DNA of 60,053 bases from Minisyncoccota bacterium (GCA_905478465.1 CAJQIN010000012.1:98890-158942), one strand, 5' to 3'; counted from the first letter of the stretch, positions 1 to 8,567 are shown. The notes: generated by a model not told the origin, from the sequence alone. Made by a program: numbers and translations.

Positions 1-416
1 GGAGTAATAATGAGTACAGTATCTCGCGTTTGTTGTGTTTTTATTTTTTGAATAATCGGCAATACAAAAGCTGCAGTTTTTCCACTTCCTGTATTTGAAA
101 GTCCTATAACATCTTTACCAGCTAGAATATGTGGAATTGACTCATCTTGCACACGTGTTGGGTTCACGTACCCCTTCTTTGTAAGGTTGTCCATAATATG
201 TGAGTGGAAACCAAAATCAGCAAAAGTATGCATAGGTGTGTATACAGTGTCCTCGTGTACAGAAGGATTCAAGTTAACAAACTTATCATGGCTGATAGTT
301 CTTGATTGTGATCTATTTCTTCCTCCACCGCCTGAGCGTTGACCTCTAAAAGGACGTCTGTTTTGAGTAAAACGTCCCCGTCCGCCTCGGTTTCGAGGCG
401 TAAATGAATTGTTCAT
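1..416 (-). CDS. DEAD/DEAH-box RNA helicase, N-terminal part (continues beyond window start)
   Basis: Manual translation from ATG at 416: RG-rich N-terminus, Q-motif (FADFGF...GYVNPTRVQ), Walker A LSNTGSGKT, then VLIITP. Not in the ORF track. Confidence 0.9.
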   Translation of the reverse strand, partial: MNNSFTPRNRGGRGRFTQNRRPFRGQRSGGGGRNRSQSRTISHDKFVNLNPSVHEDTVYTPMHTFADFGFHSHIMDNLTKKGYVNPTRVQDESIPHILAGKDVIGLSNTGSGKTAAFVLPIIQKIKTQQTRDTVLIIT

Positions 417-546
417 ATATAATTTTATTTATTGTGTTTAATATCGCTTTTGAATAGCGATACTTCAGGAGAGATCGACATCCAACATTGATATAACTAT
501 CATAGCATTATCAAATACTCCTGTCAAGGATACATGCCACAAGTAC

Positions 547-583
547 AAAAACAACACATACCTTTTAGGTATGTGTTGTTTTT
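547..583. terminator. Intrinsic terminator-like inverted repeat
   Basis: aaaaacaacacatacct / aggtatgtgttgttttt, 17-bp arms with A/T tails, just downstream of the 605-1279 gene. Confidence 0.8.
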
Positions 584-604
584 AAAATACACTCTCCGAA
601 GAAA

Positions 605-1279
605 TTATTTCTTCTTTTTTGCAGCCACCTTCTTCACAACTTTCTTTGTAGTAGACTTTTTTACAACTTTCTTTGTAACAGCCTTCTTTACAGCCTTTTT
701 AAGAGCTCCTTTCTTCACTGTCTTTTTCACAACTTCTTTTTTAGCAACTTTTGTAGGTTCTTTTTTTTGAGTATCAGCAACCACCTCCTTATTCACAGTT
801 TTTTTAGTGTCTGGAGTAGAAATATTATCTTTGATTATTTGAGTTAGTGTCTCAATCTTTCCTGCAACAATATCAAGCTGCTTCTTAATATCATCAATAC
901 GTCGATCAGATACTTGTGGTTGTGCAGCTGGTGCCCGCCCAAAGTCTTTTCGCGGTCGTTCGTTTGAACGTCCACCTGATCGATTATCTGAGTGTCCATG
1001 AGATTCCCCTTCTCTCATTTGAGAGAAACAGTCACTACAGTACACGGGCTTACTTCCATTTGGTCGAAACGGTACTTCACACTTCTGATGACACCCGTCA
1101 CATGTTGCACCAAACATTTCAGCAGGTCCTGAGTCTCGCCCCCCAGAACGCCCACCACTAAAACGAGAACTCTTACCGCCAAAACTTGGTCGACTAAATT
1201 CCCTTGATCCTCCTCTGTTATTATTAAATCCTCCTTCTCGTCTTTCTCCTCCTCCACGTGGTCCATTAAATTTTGCCAT
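605..1279 (-). CDS. CxxC-x17-CxxC zinc-ribbon protein with RGG-rich N-terminus and Lys-rich histone H1-like tail
   Basis: CDGC...VPFRP..SKPVYCSDC motif; KKVVKK/KKAVKK repeats at the C-terminus. Confidence 0.85.
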   Translation of the reverse strand: MAKFNGPRGGGERREGGFNNNRGGSREFSRPSFGGKSSRFSGGRSGGRDSGPAEMFGATCDGCHQKCEVPFRPNGSKPVYCSDCFSQMREGESHGHSDNRSGGRSNERPRKDFGRAPAAQPQVSDRRIDDIKKQLDIVAGKIETLTQIIKDNISTPDTKKTVNKEVVADTQKKEPTKVAKKEVVKKTVKKGALKKAVKKAVTKKVVKKSTTKKVVKKVAAKKKK

Positions 1280-1394
1280 TGAAATATTAATTAATTAGTT
1301 ATTCGTATCTAAGACACATAGTATACACAGTTTTAAAATAATAGATACCACTTTTTGACATTAGGCAAATAAGTACCTTGAATTAACCAGCACG

Positions 1395-1983
1395 TTAAAG
1401 GGCGGGATCAAATAGTTTTCGTAATTTCTCTTTTTTATTTAAACACATCTTAGCTTCAAATAATTCGGGTAATACCTCTTTTTCAGAAAATATTGGACTT
1501 GTTGATATTTCAAGAAATTCATCAAATGTAACAGGCTTTAATATAATTTTTTCTCCGCCATCGAGATTCAGATCTGCAACTTTTTTGAGACCCTTAGCAA
1601 TAAATGTATAGACAACCCAGTCAATCTTACTAGCTGGATGAGTTGCATTCCATAAAATAAACTCTTCTGCCTCATAACCAGTCTCTTCCAACAACTCTCT
1701 TTTTGCTCCAGCTAGAATTTCTTCTCCAGGATCTACCCTTCCTCCAGCTGCCCCCACAAAAGGCTCCTTCCCTGGTTGTTCTTGTTCAGTTAAAAGTATT
1801 TTTCCGTCAGGTAGAGTAGGAAATACTACAACTGTATCTGGTCTGGTCAGTTTCTCAAAAGTTGTCATTGTCCCATCAAACAACTCCTGTTCCCACTGAA
1901 TACGCATCAAACATTATTCCTGAAAATACCTTTTGCGCATGTTCTGGAATAGGTTGTTTAGATTTTGGTCGTTCAATGTTCAT
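1395..1983 (-). pseudogene. NUDIX hydrolase (ADP-ribose pyrophosphatase-like) with an apparent 1-nt frameshift near 1899
   Basis: Nudix box GGRVDPGEEILAGAKRELLEETGY. The upstream frame from ATG 1983 (MNIERPKSKQPIPEHAQKVFSGIMFDAY) joins QWEQELFDG only if one T is removed from GCG TAT T CAG TGG. Confidence 0.7.
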
Positions 1984-2017
1984 ATAAATATAACAATTAA
2001 TTTTATACTGAAAATTT

Positions 2018-2497
2018 CTATATTTTTAAATATAACACTTTATTCCCCATCTTTTCTATACACATCCTGAAATCACCAGACTCCAAAACAACTGTTTGTG
2101 TATTTATGTTCGGATGAAATCCAAGATGATCATTATCTAAGAGTTCTATATCTAAAACAAAAACAACCTCTTTTTCTGCATCATTCAAAAGACCAAATGG
2201 AGATACTGAGCCACGGGTAACATTAAGATATTTTTTAAGCCTTTCTTCACTAGCAAAACTCAGATCTTTTTCATCAAGTTTTTCTGCCAGATCATCTAAA
2301 CTTATCTGCTTAAAAGCAGGTAATGTTACAAGATAATGCTTATTACCCTTTCTATTTCTTAAAAAGAGATTCTTATTTTCACCAAATTCTATACCTTGAT
2401 AAACATCTCGTGCGTCATTTACACCAAATACAGCCACATGCTCATGGAGTTTATATGGAATACTATATTGTTTCAAAAAATCAAAAACATTTTCCAT
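2018..2497 (-). CDS. YbaK/ProX (PrdX-like) aminoacyl-tRNA deacylase
   Basis: KNLFL, GSVSPFGL and FHPNINTQT motifs; ATG 2497 (MENVFDFL) chosen as start. Confidence 0.85.
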   Translation of the reverse strand: MENVFDFLKQYSIPYKLHEHVAVFGVNDARDVYQGIEFGENKNLFLRNRKGNKHYLVTLPAFKQISLDDLAEKLDEKDLSFASEERLKKYLNVTRGSVSPFGLLNDAEKEVVFVLDIELLDNDHLGFHPNINTQTVVLESGDFRMCIEKMGNKVLYLKI

Positions 2498-2604
2498 TTT
2501 AAAAGTATACCAGACAAGCTTGCAAACAGAATTGAAAGTATGTATTGTTTTATTAAACACTGCACCTTGTTACTATTTTTGTATCTTTTACAAGAGAATT
2601 TATA

Positions 2605-2913
2605 ATGTTCCCAAGCAATTTAATCGAAGCTGTAAATCTGCTTGTTGATGTTTGTGAAGAATTAACAGATATAGAATATCCGTACACATGTATCACAGAC
2701 AAAACCAATCTGGCAATTTTTAAAATTGGAATGAGTACGCTTGGCCAAGGTGAGCTTCTAGAATTCAATCACCTTATTAAAAAATATTTCGGGGTCTCTT
2801 TCTCCAAAGACGAAATTCAAAACGTCACCAACCCTGGAACACTAACTCTGCGAGAAATTGCCCAGAGTTTACTCAAAAAACTAGAAAACTCTCCAGAACA
2901 ATCGGCTGCTTAA
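2605..2913 (+). CDS. Hypothetical protein, acyl-carrier-protein-like by eye
   Basis: 102-aa ORF with its own downstream terminator; helix pattern resembles ACP (GMSTL..E...KYFGVSFSKDEI...TLREI). Confidence 0.5.
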   Translation: MFPSNLIEAVNLLVDVCEELTDIEYPYTCITDKTNLAIFKIGMSTLGQGELLEFNHLIKKYFGVSFSKDEIQNVTNPGTLTLREIAQSLLKKLENSPEQSAA

Positions 2914-2930
2914 CCAATTACGAAGCAACC

Positions 2931-2967
2931 ATAAAGGCGTACGATGTATTACATCGTACGCCTTTAT
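2931..2967. terminator. Bidirectional terminator-like perfect palindrome
   Basis: 18-bp perfect arms ataaaggcgtacgatgta / tacatcgtacgcctttat with a 1-nt spacer, between convergent genes. Confidence 0.75.
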
Positions 2968-3008
2968 CACACCCCCCAACTCTTTCATACAAATAATTAT
3001 TTATATTT

Positions 3009-4406
3009 TTATAACAATCCCGCCACAAACTGATATACAAAATACCAATAAAATATTCCACTTGCTATCAAAACCGTGTTAGTTATCCAACCCGGACGAA
3101 TAAACTGCGGTAATTTGAAGTTATTCAGGTATAACAACAAAGGTATGTAGATTGCCATAACTAATCCCCCCAAAACAGATGTAATTATTAATAGAGTAAA
3201 AGGTTGTTGAAATGGCACAAGAAGAGCACTGATAACAACAAAGGCAAACATCAATCCATAATACAAATGATGTATGGACACTCTGTTAGCCCACATAAAC
3301 ACAGGAATCATTTTTCCGACTCTTGAATTAGTATGAACAATATCTGAAACAATTCTTGTCAAAGCATCAAGTACTGTCCACATAACAGAGAAGAGCATTA
3401 GATATGCCATAAAAAGATACAATTTCTCTCCCCATATCCCCCAAGAATCACTAAAAATTTTTGCTTGTGCTGAGACAAGGTCTAACCCTTCTGGAATAAT
3501 TCCCTGGGGTGAAAGTACGGCATAAGCATTCACAGATAATAGAAGTAGCGTAACAAGACCCAGAAGCCAAAAAATAATACCCTGATCGATCCTCACGAAG
3601 GTCATCCAACCCTTCCAATGTTTTCTATTCTCAGGAGTATCTTCAAAGGTATACCCTGTTACAGAAACAGCTTCTGCTTTTCCTGAAATTGGATTCGCAA
3701 TACGCCCAACATACTTTGCCATACCCAGTTGTTTATCTCTGTACCATAATGAAATGGCCAAATTCAGCATTCCACCAGCACCAGCGAATACTATAGCCCC
3801 AAGTAATAATGACCAATCAGCATTATCTGGAACATATCCAAAATTAATAACACCCTGGAACATTTCAATAAGCAATGTTCCATTCAAGTTCTTGAAACTA
3901 ATAATAATAAGTAACAGAAAGAAAGTTGGTACGGTAAATTTTAGTGTTTTTTCCAAGACTCCATAGGCAACTTTTCCTGAAAATGTAATAGCAAGTACCA
4001 AAGCAAGAGATAACCATGACCAGACCATGTAACTTCCAAAACCAAACAAAGAAGAGAGTATTGTACCAAGTGCAGCAGCCCAAGCAGGCCATACATACAG
4101 CAAAATAGCAGCAAAAAACCAGAAAACAGGAGAGAAGCTCAATATCCGTGCAGACGACGTGAAGAAACTTTCTCCTGTTGCAAGTGCATGACGTGCAACC
4201 TCTTGGTTTATAAAATACTGTATTGTAATTCCAATCAATCCTAACCACAGAATAGCTAGACCATACTTAGATACTAAATGAGGCCACAAAATAAGTTCAC
4301 CTGTACCCATTGCCATTCCAACAACAACGATACCCACACCTATGGCTTTCTTCCAATTAAAAGGTGGTGGAAGTTCTCTATATTCTAACGATGGAATTGT
4401 ATTCAT
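3009..4406 (-). CDS. Nramp-family (APC superfamily) divalent metal transporter-like protein
   Basis: About 11 hydrophobic segments; LPPP..W...IG.G.......GTGELILWP N-terminal signature. Confidence 0.75.
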   Translation of the reverse strand: MNTIPSLEYRELPPPFNWKKAIGVGIVVVGMAMGTGELILWPHLVSKYGLAILWLGLIGITIQYFINQEVARHALATGESFFTSSARILSFSPVFWFFAAILLYVWPAWAAALGTILSSLFGFGSYMVWSWLSLALVLAITFSGKVAYGVLEKTLKFTVPTFFLLLIIISFKNLNGTLLIEMFQGVINFGYVPDNADWSLLLGAIVFAGAGGMLNLAISLWYRDKQLGMAKYVGRIANPISGKAEAVSVTGYTFEDTPENRKHWKGWMTFVRIDQGIIFWLLGLVTLLLLSVNAYAVLSPQGIIPEGLDLVSAQAKIFSDSWGIWGEKLYLFMAYLMLFSVMWTVLDALTRIVSDIVHTNSRVGKMIPVFMWANRVSIHHLYYGLMFAFVVISALLVPFQQPFTLLIITSVLGGLVMAIYIPLLLYLNNFKLPQFIRPGWITNTVLIASGIFYWYFVYQFVAGLL

Positions 4407-4431
4407 ATTACCTTTATTTAATTACTAACTA

Positions 4432-4794
4432 TTATAAACAACCTTGCGCTTTCAAAAACTCAGTCACACTTGGAGAATCTCCGGCAATTATCTCATCCAC
4501 CCTCGAACTACCAATTTTTTCTCGAAAACACTTTTCTTGTTCAGGGGTAAACTGGGAAGGTATATCTGCAGGATCTATACCGATAGTTCTAAGTGTCTTC
4601 TCTTGGGAGTCCGAAAGAATCGGATTTACATCCATCAAGTCAGCAGAAATAGAAGAAGTGTCTTCTTGCTCCGTATTAAAAATAATAGACCGTATATTAA
4701 AAGGATTTCGTATCAAGATATACCCTACTAAAAGTATTATGATGAAAAAAATAATACCCAGCATTATGAAAAAAAATTTAAAAAAAGACTTCAT
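4432..4794 (-). CDS. Membrane-anchored hypothetical protein with a two-Cys C-terminal domain
   Basis: Single N-terminal TM helix; C...GSSRVDEI..G..P...E..KA..C pattern. Confidence 0.7.
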   Translation of the reverse strand: MKSFFKFFFIMLGIIFFIIILLVGYILIRNPFNIRSIIFNTEQEDTSSISADLMDVNPILSDSQEKTLRTIGIDPADIPSQFTPEQEKCFREKIGSSRVDEIIAGDSPSVTEFLKAQGCL

Positions 4795-4841
4795 TACCCA
4801 TAAGTATACCAGAAAGAATTATTCAAAAAAATACAAAACCT

Positions 4842-5843
4842 CTAAACATCTTCCTCTCCAGGCTCAAAATACTTTTGTTTTTGCATCTTAAAATACCCTT
4901 GTCGTAATTTTTTCAACTTATTCTTTTTTTGCCTTTCTAGTTCTTTATTATTTTTTGCATCAAGACGAACCTTTTCTTCTTTTAGTTTCAAATATGAATT
5001 ATATCGCTTTTGTTCCAACACCCCTGAATCAAGTGCTTTTTGTATAGCACAACCTGCACTTTTCTGATGATCACAATCACGAAACTCACACAAACTCAAT
5101 AATTCTTCAATATCAGAAAATATATCCACATTAACATCCTCGATAAGTCCAAGTTCTCGCATACCAGGAGTATCAATCAAATATCCTCCTGAAGGCAAGG
5201 TAAACATCTGTCGAGATGTTGTAGTGTGTCTTCCGCGACTATCATCCTCTCGAACCTCTTCTGTCACCTGAACATTCTGTGACAATAACCAATTTGTCAT
5301 TGTTGATTTACCCGAACCAGAAGATCCTAATAAAACTGTAGTAATATCTTTTTTAAAATATTCAAGTACTTTTTCCATATTCAAACCCGTTACAGAACTA
5401 ACTGCATGTACAGGATTATCTGGAAATCTAGATAAAACTTGTTGAACAAACTCCTCTGGATCAGAAACAATGTCGGCCTTATTTAGTAATATAACGGAAT
5501 CAATACCACTCTGTTTAGCAAGTATCACATATCTCTCAAGGCGATTTAAATTAAAATCACCATCAAGCCCTACCACAATACAGATCAAATCAATATTTAC
5601 AGCAATAACTTGTGGCTCAGCATTCCCAGAAGATTTTCTTACTATCTCTGTCTTTCGAGGAAGAATACTTTCTATAGTTACTTGGCCTTCAGAGTTGGGT
5701 TCATATACAACATAATCACCCACTTTAGGATATTGATTATCTTTAGTATGAAATTTTCCCCTAACCACTCCAATATACTCCTTACCATCATCAAAAATAA
5801 CGTAGTTTGTCTTATGTTCTTCTATAACTCTTCCTGTATGCAT
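4842..5843 (-). CDS. rsgA: Ribosome small subunit-dependent GTPase A
   Basis: Circularly permuted GTPase (NKAD, GSSGSGKS, DTPG), GRHTT, Zn site CEFRDCDHQKSAGC. Confidence 0.95.
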   Translation of the reverse strand: MHTGRVIEEHKTNYVIFDDGKEYIGVVRGKFHTKDNQYPKVGDYVVYEPNSEGQVTIESILPRKTEIVRKSSGNAEPQVIAVNIDLICIVVGLDGDFNLNRLERYVILAKQSGIDSVILLNKADIVSDPEEFVQQVLSRFPDNPVHAVSSVTGLNMEKVLEYFKKDITTVLLGSSGSGKSTMTNWLLSQNVQVTEEVREDDSRGRHTTTSRQMFTLPSGGYLIDTPGMRELGLIEDVNVDIFSDIEELLSLCEFRDCDHQKSAGCAIQKALDSGVLEQKRYNSYLKLKEEKVRLDAKNNKELERQKKNKLKKLRQGYFKMQKQKYFEPGEEDV

Positions 5844-5933
5844 TAAATGCAGTATAACAAATATATAAAAATACTAATAAAAAAATCAAAAAAACATGAA
5901 CTATCCACCCAAAACTATACTAGAAAAATTTAT

Positions 5934-6383
5934 TTAATCGATTGTTCTAGTTTCTCTGAGAAGAGACTGATATTCTTGTGGAAAATTAAAATCTTTGGCA
6001 GCACTTATCATAAGACCTAGGTAGTGTCTGGATGGCTTCAGAGAATAACTACTTTTTTCCACAACCTCATAAGTCTGAGCCACATATTCCTGACCATCTT
6101 CACTGATTACTTTAACAGTAAATCTTTTGTATTTATTTGGATGTTTCTCATAATCATCTAGCCTAAAAATATCACTTTCATCTACCTCATACAAAAGACC
6201 CCACACAGAATCACTCTTACTCTTTACAACATCAGCACATCCACATTTTCTTTTAGGTGAAAAGATAGTAAAATCAATTATATAATTTTTCAGCAGAGCT
6301 TTTCTAATAAACCTTGAGTTAGGACACCTCTCTTTCATCTGACCCCTATCCATATTTGATCCATATGCAAAATAATATTTCAT
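5934..6383 (-). CDS. Gamma-glutamylcyclotransferase (AIG2-like) family protein
   Basis: YFAYGSNM N-terminal motif, VWGLLY, LDDYEK..Y. Confidence 0.85.
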   Translation of the reverse strand: MKYYFAYGSNMDRGQMKERCPNSRFIRKALLKNYIIDFTIFSPKRKCGCADVVKSKSDSVWGLLYEVDESDIFRLDDYEKHPNKYKRFTVKVISEDGQEYVAQTYEVVEKSSYSLKPSRHYLGLMISAAKDFNFPQEYQSLLRETRTID

Positions 6384-6392
6384 AACCACAAG

Positions 6393-6430
6393 TATAGCAA
6401 AAACACCCCTTATGGGGTGTTTTTGCTATA
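6393..6430. terminator. Terminator downstream of tRNA-Gln
   Basis: 17-bp arms tatagcaaaaacacccc / ggggtgtttttgctata. Confidence 0.8.
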
Positions 6431-6484
6431 TTAATTAAACTATGACTATTGGTATACACTCCGTTCTCTGAATGTATCTCAAAC

Positions 6485-6559
6485 TGGCTGCCCGACAAGG
6501 ACTCGAACCTCGATTTCCTGGACCAAAACCAGGCGTCACTACCATTAGACGATCGGGCA
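6485..6559 (-). tRNA. tRNA-Gln(UUG), CCA encoded
   Basis: Cloverleaf; anticodon arm CCTGG-TT-TTG-GT-CCAGG; GGTTCGAGTCC T-arm. Confidence 0.95.
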
Positions 6560-6560
6560 A

Positions 6561-7250
6561 TTAATTTATATTATCACATATTCCCTCAATCCAGCCCATA
6601 ACTTTTCGATTGAGATCTGTACTCCTGCTAACGCGTATTCTTAACAATCCCCAATAACTATCACCTGTATTTTTTCGGACAGTTTTAGGATTATGTTTTT
6701 TGTAATACACGTAAGTAATTGCACTCTCAGGAAATCCCGTTACCTGAGACCAATTATTTTTTATATCTTTTACACGACATTTTGCTGTCTCATGTACATA
6801 CAAAGACAACTTTATCCTATCTCGTGTAACTAGCACTATATCAATTAACCACTTGATATACAACTTTATCATTCTAGGGTCCGAATTCCCAAAATCTAAC
6901 CCTGAAGACGGTCTGAGCTTTTTCGCTTTTGACCCCTCGGCCCAATAAAGTGCTGTACCGATAAGCCTCAACTCTTGCTTTGAAAGATTTTCAATATCTT
7001 TCTTTGCCTGAATAATGATTTTTTGCGTAGATTCTATTCTTTGTTTTTGTCGAGCTTCAGCACCTCTTTTTTGTGCGGCAATACGTTTTTGTGTGAGTTT
7101 TTGTTTCTGTGGTTTTGCAAGATTAACCTCCAAGAACCACAGAGAAAGTGTTGATTTTGCAACAGAAACAACTGATAAAATCTCTGAATAAGTTTTACCC
7201 GCCTTTCTCAAAGCAACTGCTTTCTTCTTTTCTTCAATTTTAGGTATCAT
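6561..7250 (-). CDS. HTH plus LAGLIDADG-like domain protein
   Basis: N-terminal HTH (GKTYSEILSVVSVAKSTLSLW); LIGTALYWAEGSK helix followed by LDFGNSDPRMIKLYIKWL, typical of LAGLIDADG-like folds. Confidence 0.6.
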   Translation of the reverse strand: MIPKIEEKKKAVALRKAGKTYSEILSVVSVAKSTLSLWFLEVNLAKPQKQKLTQKRIAAQKRGAEARQKQRIESTQKIIIQAKKDIENLSKQELRLIGTALYWAEGSKAKKLRPSSGLDFGNSDPRMIKLYIKWLIDIVLVTRDRIKLSLYVHETAKCRVKDIKNNWSQVTGFPESAITYVYYKKHNPKTVRKNTGDSYWGLLRIRVSRSTDLNRKVMGWIEGICDNIN

Positions 7251-7294
7251 GGTAGGATATACTTATCTTACCATGATACCTACCGCTAAGAACT

Positions 7295-8326
7295 CTACCC
7301 TTTTGAAATATCAATAATCGCAAGTTCCAAAGGGAGCTCCGGAAGAAAAGCTATTTTAATTTCATCATATGCCCGAAGAAGGGTCAGCAGAGTTTGTGAA
7401 TTATATTCATAGGTACTATTTTTTGAAATTTCCAAAAGAAATTCAAAATCATCTTCAGATGTTTGCACCTTAATAACATGCTCCATCTTTGGCGCATAAC
7501 GAAGCAACAAAAGAAAACGCATTCTCTGTAAAACAAGTTTAAAAAACACCTTCATTTCTACATTTGCATCAACTGCTTTTTTAACAGCCTCAATTCCCTT
7601 TTCTGTATCCTTTTCTACAATACCTCTAATATACTGATGGATAAGAGTTGTTTTAGGCGCACCCGTAATCCTCTCTACCTCCTCTACTGTAATGGTCTTA
7701 TCTACAGATGAAGAAATAACTTTCTGTAACATACCAAGAGTGTCTCTAAACGAACCATCACCAAGAAGAGCAATGAGATCTGCAGAAGATGTCTCAAAAG
7801 TATACCCCTCTTTTTCTGCCACACGCTGTGTCATTAAAGAAAGAGTTTTCTGATTTGGTTTTTTAAAATTATGAACCTGACAACGAGAAACTATAGTTTC
7901 TGGAAGCTTTTCTATTTCTGTTGTTGCTAGAACAAAAATCACATGCGCAGGTGGCTCTTCCAGAGTTTTCAAAAATGCATTGAATGCTGATTTTGAAAGC
8001 ATATGCACCTCATCAATAATATAAAATTTGTATGTTGAATGGAAAGGTAGAGTACTCACAGACTCCTTGAGTTCACGAATATCATCTACCCCAGTATTTG
8101 ATGCGGCATCTATTTCATAGACATCACTTTCATTTGTTTTCAGGGCTTTAGCAAAAATACGTGCAATAGATGTTTTCCCTGTTCCACGTGTACCCGAAAA
8201 AAGATACGCATGTGCTATTTTCTTTGTTTCGATAGCACCCTCAAGTGCCTGAACAACTTGTTCCTGACCGATAACATCTTTAAATGTTTCCGGGCGATAC
8301 TTTCTATACAATACAGTTTCTGACAT
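7295..8326 (-). CDS. dnaX: DNA polymerase III subunit gamma/tau (short form)
   Basis: LYRKYRP, GTRGTGKTS, IIDEVHML, TIVSRC. Confidence 0.95.
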   Translation of the reverse strand: MSETVLYRKYRPETFKDVIGQEQVVQALEGAIETKKIAHAYLFSGTRGTGKTSIARIFAKALKTNESDVYEIDAASNTGVDDIRELKESVSTLPFHSTYKFYIIDEVHMLSKSAFNAFLKTLEEPPAHVIFVLATTEIEKLPETIVSRCQVHNFKKPNQKTLSLMTQRVAEKEGYTFETSSADLIALLGDGSFRDTLGMLQKVISSSVDKTITVEEVERITGAPKTTLIHQYIRGIVEKDTEKGIEAVKKAVDANVEMKVFFKLVLQRMRFLLLLRYAPKMEHVIKVQTSEDDFEFLLEISKNSTYEYNSQTLLTLLRAYDEIKIAFLPELPLELAIIDISKG

Positions 8327-8359
8327 ATGAGAGCATTATAGCAGATAATACTTGAACAA

Positions 8360-8396
8360 TAAAAAAACAGGACAACGATTATGTTGTGCCCTGTTT
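8360..8396 (-). terminator. Intrinsic terminator upstream of dnaX
   Basis: Minus strand AAACAGGGCACAAC-ataatc-GTTGTCCTGTTT followed by a T run. Confidence 0.75.
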
Positions 8397-8399
8397 GTT

Positions 8400-8513
8400 G
8401 AGATTTGCTGACTGTCCAGTGTTTCTCGAAAGCTCTTATATCTCTTCTACGGAATCAAAAAATTGCAAGAGAAACTCCCCTTTGCCAGATCAGCATGAGA
8501 TTAAAAATCTCAT
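8400..8513 (-). ncRNA. Candidate structured RNA or leader between dus and dnaX (unassigned)
   Basis: Nested stems GCTGAT/GTCAGC and GTTTCTC/GAGAAAC, a 5' hairpin ATGAGATT/AATCTCAT, directly followed by a terminator. Confidence 0.35.
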
Positions 8514-8567
8514 AAAATGACGGAAAACAAAACTACTATTCAATTGTCAGAATCTTTCTTAAAGATA

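Noticed and set aside
8400-8500. TPP or c-di-AMP riboswitch, or SRP RNA, assignment for the dnaX-upstream structure
   Set aside because: Only short fragments resemble them (CTGATCTGG; GTCAGC.AA.CTC). The core consensus elements and SRP helix 8 are absent, so it is left unassigned.
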